A stretch of 64,000 nt of DNA. Origin: Nitriliruptoraceae bacterium. GTDB lineage: Bacteria; Actinomycetota; Nitriliruptoria; Nitriliruptorales; Nitriliruptoraceae. Below the pieces are notes generated by a model. That model saw only the letters and a program-made list of their open reading frames with translations. It had not been told where the DNA came from and ran no database searches. The stretch is taken from positions 4,219-68,218 of the forward strand of contig JBBDST010000008.1 in assembly GCA_040904765.1 (NCBI GenBank), read 5' to 3'. How positions within the stretch are numbered: position 1 is the first letter of the stretch; the number at the start of each line of letters is the position of its first letter. The translations under genes were made by a program, and so were the position numbers. This document shows, piece after piece, positions 8,769 to 18,260 of the stretch.

Positions 8769-11212
8769 GCGCAGCATCAACCTACCCGACCAACCAAGCT
8801 CCGACCATCGCCGTAATCGGTGCAGGGCTGATCGGCGGGTCGATTGCGCTGGCAGCGAAACAAGCGGGAGTGACGACAGTCCGCATCACTGACCTGGACG
8901 AACAGGTGCGTCGCCGTGCCGCTGTCTTAAAACTTGCAGAAGTCGTTGACACGATTGAGGACGCCGTGCGTGATGCTGACATTGTCATCGCCGCGGTTCC
9001 AAGTGGAGCTGTTGCCGCGTGCCTACGTGCCGCCGCACTGGCCGCGCCCGTGCATGCGGTGCTGACCGATGTGGGTTCGTTGAAAGCCACGGTGGTGGCA
9101 GAAGTCACCCGTGACTTAGACGCTGCTGGATTAAAATCTGCCCGTTTTATTGGCGGCCATCCAATGGCTGGTAGTGAACAAAACGGCCCAGATGCCGCAG
9201 ACGAGCAGCTGTTTCAAGGAGCCACGTGGATCCTTACACCTCACGATCAAGCCGCAGATGAATCGTTGCAGGTGCTCTCACGCCTGCTACACGCCTTTGG
9301 AGCCCGCGTTTTAGTGCTCAGCCCAAAACGTCACGACGAACTCGTCGCCATCGTCAGTCATTTACCCCAACTCGTCGCCTCAAGTCTGGCGTCTGTCGCG
9401 GCAGATGCAGTCGAAAAAACCGGTGACGCATTACTTGCCGTGGCAGGGGGAGGGTTTCGCGACACAACCCGTATCGCCGCCAGCGACCCGGATCTTTGGA
9501 TCCCTATTCTTGATGGCAACCGGGATGCTGTGCTAGATGCTTTGGACAAGATGATCGATCAGTTATCGGCGCTGCGCCAAGATCTCTCAAGTAACGATCT
9601 TCGGGCTGTAAAAGCCACACTGGCCAATGCTCGAGTTGCCCGTCAACAGCTTGTAGGTAAAGCCGATAGCGGAGCCGCAATCGACTTGGTTGTGCCACTC
9701 AACGACGAGGTAGGTCAGCTCGCACAGGTGGCTGGCGCGCTTGGTGAAGCTGGCGTGAACATCGAAGACATCGCCATGCGCCATGCACAAGCGCGTCGTA
9801 TCGGGGCGCTGATCGTACGGGTATCAGTAGCCGACGCAGGACGGGCCATCGACGCGCTCAAACAACACGACATGCCTGCCAAACTTGAACTGTTGAATGA
9901 CTCCGACACTGCAGCAACCGTCGCAGCTCGATCCCACTTTGCATTAGACGAACATGCAATCGCACCATTTACCCGTCCGGTCAACGGAACGGTACGGCTT
10001 CCCGGGTCCAAAAGTTTGACTAACCGGGCACTCATTGCCGCGGCGTTAGCTGCAGGCCAGTCGACTATTACTGGTGCCTTGTTTGCTGACGACACTGAAG
10101 CGATGATCACCGCGTTGAACGTTCTCGGGTTTCGGATTGATGTGGATCGTACTAACGCCACCGTCGCTCTCAGCGGTGAGGGCGGACGAGTTCCTGCCCG
10201 TTCCGCGCACGTTGATGTACGCCTTTCCGGTACGACCGCACGCTTCCTAGCGCCACTGTTGGGATTGGGTTCTGGCGGGTTCGTCCTGGATGGGGCGCCG
10301 CCATTTCGTGCACGACCGATGCAACCAGTATTTGAGGCACTCACCGCGTTAGGTGTCCGTATCGAACCGCTTGGTAACGCGGGTCACCTACCGGTGTTGA
10401 TGCATGCCCACGGGATAGCTGGTGGCACCGTTGAAGTAGCTGGTGACGTGTCGAGCCAGTTCTTGTCGGGGTTGCTTCTTGCCGGTCCAGCGACGACGAA
10501 CGGACTGACCGTCTCGTTGTTGACTCCGCTGGTCTCTGAACCGTATGTGGCGATGACTACGAATGTGATGGCGGCATTCGGGGTCGACGTTGTTCGCGAG
10601 AATGACAGTTTTTACGTGCCTACAGGTGGCTACACGGCAACAACGTATGCGATTGAACCGGATGCCAGTGCCGCCAGTTACTTTTTTGCCTTGGCGGCAA
10701 TCACCGCCGGGTCAGTTCGTGTCGAAGGGCTCACAAAAACCGCCATGCAAGGCGACATGCGTTTCGTTCAATTGCTTGAACAAATGGGTTGTGACGTTCA
10801 TTATGACGCGACGTCAACGACCGTATCGCGCACCAAACCGCTGGTAGGAATTACGTGCGACATGGCTGATATTTCCGATACTGCACAGACGTTGGCGGTG
10901 GTCGCAGCGTTTGCCACTACACCAACGGTCGTGACGGGTATCGGTTTTATTCGCGCGAAAGAAACCGACCGGATCGCTGCCACTGTCGGTGAGTTGCGAC
11001 GCCTTGGGGTGCATGCCACTGAAGATGCTGACGGGTTCACCGTAGTTCCCTCAACACCGCACGGTGGGGTGGTGCAAACCTATGACGATCACCGTATGGC
11101 AATGAGTTTTGCGCTCATCGGCACGATGGTGGACGGTGTTGTGATCACAGATCCTGGCTGTGTTGCCAAATCGTTTCCGACGTTCTTTACGGTGCTTGAC
11201 AATCTGCGGTGA
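8765..11212 (+). CDS. fused prephenate dehydrogenase (with ACT-like segment) / 3-phosphoshikimate 1-carboxyvinyltransferase (EPSP synthase)
   Basis: Rossmann IAVIGAGLIGGS and GGHPMAGSE (TyrA), an ACT-like segment at about 9690-9900, then LPGSKSLTNRALI, RAKETDRI and DDHRMAMSFAL (AroA). All are in one frame. ATG 8765 overlaps the aroH stop. Confidence 0.85.
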   Translation: MSAASTYPTNQAPTIAVIGAGLIGGSIALAAKQAGVTTVRITDLDEQVRRRAAVLKLAEVVDTIEDAVRDADIVIAAVPSGAVAACLRAAALAAPVHAVLTDVGSLKATVVAEVTRDLDAAGLKSARFIGGHPMAGSEQNGPDAADEQLFQGATWILTPHDQAADESLQVLSRLLHAFGARVLVLSPKRHDELVAIVSHLPQLVASSLASVAADAVEKTGDALLAVAGGGFRDTTRIAASDPDLWIPILDGNRDAVLDALDKMIDQLSALRQDLSSNDLRAVKATLANARVARQQLVGKADSGAAIDLVVPLNDEVGQLAQVAGALGEAGVNIEDIAMRHAQARRIGALIVRVSVADAGRAIDALKQHDMPAKLELLNDSDTAATVAARSHFALDEHAIAPFTRPVNGTVRLPGSKSLTNRALIAAALAAGQSTITGALFADDTEAMITALNVLGFRIDVDRTNATVALSGEGGRVPARSAHVDVRLSGTTARFLAPLLGLGSGGFVLDGAPPFRARPMQPVFEALTALGVRIEPLGNAGHLPVLMHAHGIAGGTVEVAGDVSSQFLSGLLLAGPATTNGLTVSLLTPLVSEPYVAMTTNVMAAFGVDVVRENDSFYVPTGGYTATTYAIEPDASAASYFFALAAITAGSVRVEGLTKTAMQGDMRFVQLLEQMGCDVHYDATSTTVSRTKPLVGITCDMADISDTAQTLAVVAAFATTPTVVTGIGFIRAKETDRIAATVGELRRLGVHATEDADGFTVVPSTPHGGVVQTYDDHRMAMSFALIGTMVDGVVITDPGCVAKSFPTFFTVLDNLR

Positions 11213-11293
11213 GGCCCGATGAGGCTGTGACGTATGCTCATAGTCACAGGGCGCTGCCCGTTGCCGTTGTGCCGTGTGTTGTTAGGAGCCATC

Positions 11294-13396
11294 GTGTCAG
11301 AAGAACTGCATGAGGACGAATGGGACGACGTCCTTGATGATGATTCTGACCCGGAACTCTTTGCTGGGTTTATCCTTGCAGTTGACGGTCCTGCCGGTTC
11401 AGGTAAATCGTCGGTAGCAGCACGGGTCGCGGAAATTCTTGACTTGCCTCATCTTGATACAGGCGCTCTGTATCGTGCTGCAGCTTTAGCGTGCTTGCGC
11501 GCAAATACGCCGTTGGACGACGCTGCTGCGTGCGCTGCGACACTCGCATCAGCCACTGTCAGCTATGACAAGGGTGACGTATGGCTTGATGGTGAAAAAG
11601 TCACCGATGCGATTCGCACCCATGATGTGACAGCTGCGGTCTCCCATGTGGCCAAACACGCCGAAGTGCGCGCGTTACTGCTGTCAACTCAACGGACACT
11701 CGGAGCAACCGGCGGGGTGCTTGAAGGACGCGACATTGCAACGGTCGTGTTCCCCGATGCCGATCTGAAAGTGTTCCTCACGGCCTCAAACACCGAACGG
11801 GCACGTCGACGGGCCGAACAAACCAACGATCCGCGACCGCTGGATGAACTGGCTGCTGAACTGGCCGCAAGAGATGCGCTTGACGCAGATCGGCAACATT
11901 CGCCGTTCGCGTTGGCTGACGATGCATGGGTGCTCGACACAACCGATATGACCATCGAGGACACCATTGAAGCGGTGGTAGATGAGGCTTACCGGCGGCG
12001 GTTTGATGCCGACAACCCGAAGGCCATATCAGAAACCGCCGTTGACCCGTTGGCGTTTCGCCGGGCACTTCCCCGCGTGGTTGTAGTAGGCCGACCGAAC
12101 GTCGGCAAATCATCGCTGGTGAACCGAATTTTGGGAGAACGGGTCGCTATCGTTGAAGAACGTCCTGGGGTGACCAGAGACCGCACCGAACATGAAGCCG
12201 AATGGTTAGGTACACGATTCTTGCTGGTAGACACCGGCGGGTGGGAACATAAAGCCGAGGGACTTGCAGAACAGATTGTCGTACAGGCTGAACGTGCGAT
12301 AGCAGACGCGGACGCAGTGCTGTTTGTGGTCGATGCAACGATCGGGGCGCTCGATGACGACGAACGTTACGCACGCTTGTTGCGCCGACAAAACATTCCG
12401 CTGTTCCTCGTCGCAAACAAAATTGACGGGCCCAAACTCGAAAGTGTCGTACACGAACTTTACGGGCTTGGACTTGGCACGGCCGCGCCCGTATCAGCCC
12501 GTCACGGGCGCGGTGTGGGCGACTTACTTGACGATGTTATTGCCGCACTACCAACCCCTGACGGGTCGGTAGATGACTTCCCACGCGTACCACGCGTTGC
12601 GATCGTCGGGCGCCCAAACGTCGGCAAGTCATCGCTTTTCAACATGCTGTTGGGTGAAGAACGGTCCATTGTCGATGCTGTTGCACACACCACACGTGAT
12701 GCGATCGACACGATGGTCAGTATCGATGGCAAACCGTGGGTGTTTGTCGATACGGCCGGGATGCGGCGCCGCTACCGCCACGGAGAAGATACCGAACTGT
12801 ATTCGGTCGACCGGACCCGTGATGCGATTGCCAGCGCCGACTTGGTGTTATTCGTAGTCGATGCATCTGAGCCAATCAGTGAACAAGATCAACGTTTGGC
12901 CGGCTTGTTGCGGGATGCTGGACGCGGTCTCATCATGGTGTGTAACAAGTGGGATCAGGTAGATGAAGACACTCGATTGAAGTTCGAGCGGGATCGCGAA
13001 CGGATGCTTGGATTTGCTGCCTGGGCGCCACGGGTCAACGTATCGGCGCTCACGGGTCGCAACGTCACCAAACTGATGCCAGCCCTAGAATCAGTCTGGG
13101 AGAACTATCTGCGCCGTATTCCAACCCGCGAACTCAACCGCGTCATTTCAGGCGCTACAGCCCAGCATTCACCACCCCGCCGAGGACAACGTCCGGTGAC
13201 GATCCGTTACGTCACCCAAGCTGAAGTTGGGCCCCCACGAGTAGTGCTGTTTGCCAACGGCCGCATTCCGCACAGCTATCGGCGCTATTTGGAACGTATC
13301 CTGCGTGAATATGCCGACTTTACGGGTGTGCCAATCATGATTGATGATCGACCGCCAACGCGCGAGCACCGCAACGCCCGTGGGCGAGGCCGTTAG
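11294..13396 (+). CDS. fused cytidylate kinase / ribosome-assembly GTPase Der (EngA)
   Basis: AVDGPAGSGKSS and LDTGALYRA (Cmk), then two GTPase domains (GRPNVGKSSL twice, DTGG/DTAG, NKID/NKWD) and a KH-like tail. GTG 11294 is preceded by AGGAG. Confidence 0.85.
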   Translation: MSEELHEDEWDDVLDDDSDPELFAGFILAVDGPAGSGKSSVAARVAEILDLPHLDTGALYRAAALACLRANTPLDDAAACAATLASATVSYDKGDVWLDGEKVTDAIRTHDVTAAVSHVAKHAEVRALLLSTQRTLGATGGVLEGRDIATVVFPDADLKVFLTASNTERARRRAEQTNDPRPLDELAAELAARDALDADRQHSPFALADDAWVLDTTDMTIEDTIEAVVDEAYRRRFDADNPKAISETAVDPLAFRRALPRVVVVGRPNVGKSSLVNRILGERVAIVEERPGVTRDRTEHEAEWLGTRFLLVDTGGWEHKAEGLAEQIVVQAERAIADADAVLFVVDATIGALDDDERYARLLRRQNIPLFLVANKIDGPKLESVVHELYGLGLGTAAPVSARHGRGVGDLLDDVIAALPTPDGSVDDFPRVPRVAIVGRPNVGKSSLFNMLLGEERSIVDAVAHTTRDAIDTMVSIDGKPWVFVDTAGMRRRYRHGEDTELYSVDRTRDAIASADLVLFVVDASEPISEQDQRLAGLLRDAGRGLIMVCNKWDQVDEDTRLKFERDRERMLGFAAWAPRVNVSALTGRNVTKLMPALESVWENYLRRIPTRELNRVISGATAQHSPPRRGQRPVTIRYVTQAEVGPPRVVLFANGRIPHSYRRYLERILREYADFTGVPIMIDDRPPTREHRNARGRGR

Positions 13397-13509
13397 TTGC
13401 TAACGTCATCACTTGGCTTGCCTTGGATGCAGACGGTAGCGTTCATCGAAACGGCGTAGAAGACTTCCCCCACATGCCGATTTTAAAAGCAGAATCAACC
13501 AGTTTTATA

Positions 13510-13586
13510 CGGGCTGTGGCGCAGTCAGGTAGCGCACTCGTCTGGGGGGCGAGGGGTCGCCGGTTCAAGTCCGGCCAGCCCGACCA
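13510..13586 (+). tRNA. tRNA-Pro (anticodon GGG), CCA encoded
   Basis: Hand-folded cloverleaf. Acceptor stem is CGGGCTG/CAGCCCG, D stem GCGC/GCGC. The anticodon stem is CTCGT/GCGAG with loop CTGGGGG. T arm is GCCGG-TTCAAGT-CCGGC, followed by discriminator A and CCA. Confidence 0.85.
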
Positions 13587-13623
13587 CAACGAATTGTTTG
13601 GCGCATGATGAGGGAGCGGCACC

Positions 13624-14217
13624 GTGCGGATCTTTGATCTGGGGGGTCGAGGAAAGCCGCGTGCTGTCCATGACCGAATTGTTACGCTGCCAAACGCGGT
13701 AACGCTGTTGCGTCTGATGGCCGTACCGTTTGTGTTTCGTGCGCTAGACGACAGCCGGTTTACGCTCGCGCTGATTCTGCTGGTTGTGTTTGCGGCAACC
13801 GATTGGATTGATGGCTTTCTGGCACGGGCGTTGAATCAGGTGTCGCGCCTTGGGGCACTGTTAGATCCGGCTGTGGATCGCATCTTTATTATCGCGGTCG
13901 CCTACGGGCTCTTTGTCGCCGATCTGGTGCCGTTGTGGGCGCTACTTGTGGTGGTTGCGCGCGACGCTGGCGTGTTGCTCATCGCCGGGGTGCTGGTTGC
14001 GCGGCAATTGTCCCCGCCGCCGGTGTCGCGATTAGGCAAGATAGGGTCGTTTGCTGTGGTGACGGCAGCGGTGCTAGTGGTCGCCAGCGAAGTAGCCGCC
14101 GGCACGTTGGCGTTATTGTTGAGTGGTGGCGCTGCAGTGGTTTTTATAGCTGGGGCGATTACGGCGTACGTCGCTACGGCTGGCTACGCCCGCGCGTTAC
14201 GGCCATCCGTACACTAA
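13624..14217 (+). CDS. CDP-alcohol phosphatidyltransferase family protein
   Basis: Motif DWIDGFLARALNQVSRLGALLDPAVDRI (D-G-x2-AR-x8-G-x3-D-x3-D) and multiple hydrophobic helices. Confidence 0.8.
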   Translation: MRIFDLGGRGKPRAVHDRIVTLPNAVTLLRLMAVPFVFRALDDSRFTLALILLVVFAATDWIDGFLARALNQVSRLGALLDPAVDRIFIIAVAYGLFVADLVPLWALLVVVARDAGVLLIAGVLVARQLSPPPVSRLGKIGSFAVVTAAVLVVASEVAAGTLALLLSGGAAVVFIAGAITAYVATAGYARALRPSVH

Positions 14218-14245
14218 GGTGATGGCTTGACTGAGAGGACCGACA

Positions 14246-14626
14246 GTGGACATCCCTGAGCAGTTGCACTACACCGCAGATCATGAGTGGGTGCGTATTG
14301 ATGGTGATGTTGTGACCGTTGGTATTACTGCGTTTGCGCAGTCAGAACTTGGCGATGTGGTGTACGTCGATCTGCCAACGACCGGGTCTACATGCGTCAA
14401 GGATCAACCTTTTGGTGAGGTTGAGTCCACCAAGTCGGTGTCCGATCTTTTTGCTCCAGTCAGCGGGGAAGTTACGGAAGTAAATCCTGACCTTGACGCT
14501 GATCCTGGAACGGTCAACACTGACCCATATGAGGCCGGCTGGCTGATCAAAATCCGGGTGGCAGACGCCACGCAACTCGACGCACTACTTGACGCCGAAC
14601 AGTACCGCCAGCTTGTCGAGGCGTAA
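14246..14626 (+). CDS. gcvH: glycine cleavage system H protein
   Basis: YTADHEWV and the lipoyl-lysine motif EVESTKSVSDL. 126 aa. Confidence 0.9.
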   Translation: MDIPEQLHYTADHEWVRIDGDVVTVGITAFAQSELGDVVYVDLPTTGSTCVKDQPFGEVESTKSVSDLFAPVSGEVTEVNPDLDADPGTVNTDPYEAGWLIKIRVADATQLDALLDAEQYRQLVEA

Positions 14627-14659
14627 GTTGCCACTCGCACGTTCTAGGTTTGGAGGCTG

Positions 14660-15100
14660 ATGATGAACGACTCGGCATCACCGTCGGACGCGAACGAGAA
14701 ACCTGTTCCTGACGCGACTATTGACGCGTTCGATGTTGGCGTTTTTGATCCGGCACATGACCCTAACGTGATGGCACTCGATGACGGCACGATGGCCGTG
14801 GTGGTCGTTCGTGGCCCCAACGCCGGTGCCCGCTATGTGCTTGACGAAGGAGTCACGACTGTCGGCCGTCATCAGGCATCACGCATTTTTCTTGACGATG
14901 TGACGGTGTCGCGTCGGCACGCCCAGTTTGCCCGTAACGGTGACTCGGTGATGCTTGATGACAGTGGCAGCCTCAATGGCACTTATGTGAACGGTGAACG
15001 GGTCGGGTCAGCGGAGTTGACACCGGGCGACGAGTTGCAGATTGGGCGTTTCAAACTGCTGTTTGTGACTGACGACACGGCGGTGGGCGACAGCTCGTGA
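14660..15100 (+). CDS. FHA-domain protein (GarA/OdhI-like)
   Basis: C-terminal FHA domain: TTVGRHQASRIFLDDVTVSRRHAQF and LNGTYVNGERV. It sits after gcvH, as in mycobacterial synteny. Confidence 0.8.
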   Translation: MMNDSASPSDANEKPVPDATIDAFDVGVFDPAHDPNVMALDDGTMAVVVVRGPNAGARYVLDEGVTTVGRHQASRIFLDDVTVSRRHAQFARNGDSVMLDDSGSLNGTYVNGERVGSAELTPGDELQIGRFKLLFVTDDTAVGDSS

Positions 15101-15783
15101 CGGCATACGCAATTGGGGCAGTGATTGAGCTTTTGCAAGACGAGTTTCCTGATGTGACTGTGTCAAAAATTCGTTTCCTTGAAACTGAAGGGTTACTTGC
15201 TCCCAGCCGTACGGCGTCAGGCTATCGACGGTTCTCCCAAGATGATGTGGGTCGTCTGCTGTATATCTTGCGAGCACAGCGTGACCGCTATCTGCCACTA
15301 AAAGTTATTCGTGACGAACTGGCCACGATCACGTCGTTTATTGATATCGCGCCTGCGCCACAGCAAGGTTCCCTCCTAACAGCCGCAAATGAATCGCCAG
15401 ATACCGCTAGTGACCTGCCAAACACAGCCAGCACGGCCGCACAGGTACGCAAAATCCTTGGGGTCAATCAGTCGCTGCTTGACGAACTCATCGCTCACGG
15501 GTTCATCGGCGAAGAGCCCTACGACAACGATGATTTGACGGTGATCAAAGCAGCAGCAGCGCTCAATGTGCTCGGACTTGAAATTCGACATCTTCGGATG
15601 TACCGACAGTTCAAAGAACGTGAACTTGATGTGATTCAGCAACTGCTCGCGCCGGCTTTGCGGCACCGTCAACCCGAACGGCTGCGTGCCGCAACGACAA
15701 TGGCTGAAGCTATTTTGCAACACGGAGATGAACTTCATCACGCGTTGCGTGCCCGAGAACTACGTGAGTTCTTTCGCCAGTGA
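15097..15783 (+). CDS. MerR-family transcriptional regulator
   Basis: N-terminal HTH IGAVIELLQDEFPDVTVSKIRFLETEGLL..RTASGYRRF. GTG overlaps the FHA gene stop (GTGA). Confidence 0.75.
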   Translation: MTAYAIGAVIELLQDEFPDVTVSKIRFLETEGLLAPSRTASGYRRFSQDDVGRLLYILRAQRDRYLPLKVIRDELATITSFIDIAPAPQQGSLLTAANESPDTASDLPNTASTAAQVRKILGVNQSLLDELIAHGFIGEEPYDNDDLTVIKAAAALNVLGLEIRHLRMYRQFKERELDVIQQLLAPALRHRQPERLRAATTMAEAILQHGDELHHALRARELREFFRQ

Positions 15784-16988
15784 GTATCACCCGCATCACC
15801 TTGACGGTTTTGCTGGCCGCACAACTCCTTATTGGCGCCACTTTCGATATTGGGCCTCGTAATGCGACCGACGCGGCCTGTCCTGCAGATGCGGTGGTGC
15901 ATCAGGTGCTGCCACGGCAAGCTGATGACGTGCCGGCCATATTCGCATCTGATGTTGAAGCGCTGCTGCTGATTGATCGTAATTCGGGTGTGTCGCTCGT
16001 TGAACGCGGCGCAGATGAATTACGCATCGTCGCATCGACAGTCAAGATGCTGACGGCCCTGACGGTTCTCCAGCACGCTGGCTTAGATGAGCCGGTGCGC
16101 ATATCGCGGACGGCCGCATCGACGTTTGGGGCTGGCATTGGGGTGAGGGCCGGCGAAGAGTATCCGGTAGGGGTGCTGCTTGAAGGCATGATGACCCGTT
16201 CAGGTAACGATGCCGCTTTAGCGTTAGCGGAACATGTCGCTGGCAGTAGAGAAAGCTTTGCGGAATTGATGCGAGCTGAAGCACAACGGCTTGGCATCAC
16301 AGGCGCGGTTATTGATGACCCGTCCGGTCTTGCCGATAGCAATCGCTTCTCGGCCCGTCAGCTTGCAATTATCGCTGATGCAGTTCTTGACGAACCGACA
16401 TTAAAAGCCGCCGTTGCTAAGAAATCCTTTGCGTTAGGTACGCGTCCGGCACTTCCCAACCGAAACTTGCTGATTAACCGCTATCCAGAAGCAACTGGCA
16501 TAAAAACGGGCTTTACCACTAGGGCCGGCAACGCGTTGGTTGCCAGTGCTGAACGTGACGGACGTGAACTCATCGCGGTCGTGTTGGGTGCAGGCAATGA
16601 CCCGGCAAGGTTTGTGCGCGCCGAACAACTCCTTGACTACGGGTTCACCCGAACGTTTGCCGGTAACGTTCACACCAAACTGTCCTGGTTGAACATCAAC
16701 GGTATGACGAGCTGGCAGATGCCAGCAACCGCGGTAATTGCGGATACGGCTGCTGTGACACTTACGTGGTCGCTGCCAGTGACACCGTATGACCCGCTTG
16801 ATGTTGCGTTGTTCTTTGGGCCAGAAAGACAGTGCCGTTGGCTGACGATGCCAAAAAATGATGTGGCTGATCAGCCGGTGAGTGTCGGCGATCTCGCCCG
16901 TAGAGTGGTCGCTCACGGGTACGGCGCAGCCCTGTTTGCAGAAACCTCAGGTACGGTGCGCGTTTCGGCACAAGGAGAACGGTCATGA
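15780..16988 (+). CDS. D-alanyl-D-alanine carboxypeptidase (serine-type, S11 family)
   Basis: Signal-like N-terminus, SxxK (ASTVKMLTAL), SxN (SGND) and KTG (IKTGFT). GTGA overlap with the upstream merR. Confidence 0.8.
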   Translation: MSITRITLTVLLAAQLLIGATFDIGPRNATDAACPADAVVHQVLPRQADDVPAIFASDVEALLLIDRNSGVSLVERGADELRIVASTVKMLTALTVLQHAGLDEPVRISRTAASTFGAGIGVRAGEEYPVGVLLEGMMTRSGNDAALALAEHVAGSRESFAELMRAEAQRLGITGAVIDDPSGLADSNRFSARQLAIIADAVLDEPTLKAAVAKKSFALGTRPALPNRNLLINRYPEATGIKTGFTTRAGNALVASAERDGRELIAVVLGAGNDPARFVRAEQLLDYGFTRTFAGNVHTKLSWLNINGMTSWQMPATAVIADTAAVTLTWSLPVTPYDPLDVALFFGPERQCRWLTMPKNDVADQPVSVGDLARRVVAHGYGAALFAETSGTVRVSAQGERS

Positions 16989-17494
16989 TCGAACTGGAAC
17001 TGGTAGGGGTACGCGTCGAGTTTCCCGCAAACCAGCCGATCGTGCTGCTGAAAGAGAAAACGGGGAGCCGTTATTTACCAATCTGGATCGGTGCAGTCGA
17101 AGCGACAGCTATCGCGTTCGCGTTGCAAGGCGTCAATACGCCGCGTCCACTCACCCACGATCTGTTCAAAACCGTGCTGGTGGACTTGCAAGCAGAACTG
17201 ACAGCCGTGCACATTACCGAACTGCGCGACGGGACGTTTTATGCAGAATTGCATTTGAAGCGTGCCGGCGAGCAGCTCACGATCTCTGCCCGTCCGTCGG
17301 ATGCGGTGGCGCTGGCTGCCCGCTTTAGCGACATTCCGATCCTGTCTACCGAAGATGTTTTGGACACGGCTGGGATCGAGCTTGACGACGACGAAGAACT
17401 CGAAGCAGACGACCGTCCGGATGATGAAGACCAGTTGCGTGAGTTCCGCGCCTTTTTGGATGAAATTTCCCCTGATGATTTTCGGGGCCAATAG
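16985..17494 (+). CDS. bifunctional nuclease family protein (DUF151)
   Basis: LPIWIGAVEATAIAFALQGVNTPRPLTHDL core and an acidic C-terminus. ATGA overlap with the upstream gene. Confidence 0.7.
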   Translation: MIELELVGVRVEFPANQPIVLLKEKTGSRYLPIWIGAVEATAIAFALQGVNTPRPLTHDLFKTVLVDLQAELTAVHITELRDGTFYAELHLKRAGEQLTISARPSDAVALAARFSDIPILSTEDVLDTAGIELDDDEELEADDRPDDEDQLREFRAFLDEISPDDFRGQ

Positions 17495-17567
17495 GGCGCT
17501 ACGAGCCGAATTTCTCACACACCGTCTGCTTGCTGCAGTTAGCACGGGGCGTGCTCGTTGACGAACG

Positions 17568-17587
17568 GTGCCGTGACGCTCTAGTCT
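17568..17587 (+). promoter_or_regulatory. candidate sigma-70-type promoter (TTGACG, 8-nt-short-of-26 window: -35 at 17568-17573, TAGTCT -10 at 17582-17587)
   Basis: TTGACG at 17568-17573 and TAGTCT at 17582-17587 in the gap upstream of the second merR gene. By the printed coordinates the hexamers are only 8 nt apart, which is too short for a canonical 16-18-nt spacer, so this is a weak sequence-only call. Confidence 0.15.
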
Positions 17588-17721
17588 CCATTCCTAACGC
17601 TCTTGCGGACAAGGTAAGCGTGGAGCAACTCGCAGAGAAGCGCTCCACCCAAAAATCAGTTCGCGCACGGTGGTGGGTGGGGAGCTCTTTCGCTCCACTA
17701 ACTCAAGTTTCGGAGGCCGGT

Positions 17722-18255
17722 GTGACGGTGGGGAAGACAGGCCAGATGCCCTTTGAAAGCGACGACATAGACGAAGGTTTTCGCGCACCCACAGTCGCTA
17801 AAATTGTCGGTATTTCCTACCGGCAGCTTGACTATTGGGCACGAACTAAACTCGTTCAACCCTCACTTCGGCGCGCTGAAGGGTCCGGTTCGATGCGCCT
17901 GTACGGTTTTGCTGACATTGTGCAACTCAAAGTTGTCAAGCGGCTCCTTGATACCGGCATTTCTCTGCACAAGGTCCGCTTGGCGATTGAAGAAGTATGC
18001 AAGCGCGGCGACAAACTTGCCGATGTGACGTTGCTGTCGGATGGCAAAACCGTGTATGCGGTTACCAGCGATGCGGAAGTACTTGACCTGCTTCGAAAAG
18101 GCCAAGGCGTGTTCGCATTAGCGCTTGATCCAGTCATCGAGGAACTGCGCGGTGAAGTCGCAGCCTTTCCGTCAGAGTCACTAAACGGCCAGACGAAACG
18201 CATCGTCACCGAGCCGGAAGTTAAGCCTGCAACCCGCAAACGTGCCGCCCGTTAG
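17722..18255 (+). CDS. MerR-family transcriptional regulator
   Basis: HTH FRAPTVAKIVGISYRQLDYWARTKLV. GTG 17722 is preceded by GGAGG. The start is uncertain (ATG 17746 and TTG 17530 are alternatives). Confidence 0.75.
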   Translation: MTVGKTGQMPFESDDIDEGFRAPTVAKIVGISYRQLDYWARTKLVQPSLRRAEGSGSMRLYGFADIVQLKVVKRLLDTGISLHKVRLAIEEVCKRGDKLADVTLLSDGKTVYAVTSDAEVLDLLRKGQGVFALALDPVIEELRGEVAAFPSESLNGQTKRIVTEPEVKPATRKRAAR

Positions 18256-18260
18256 GACGC

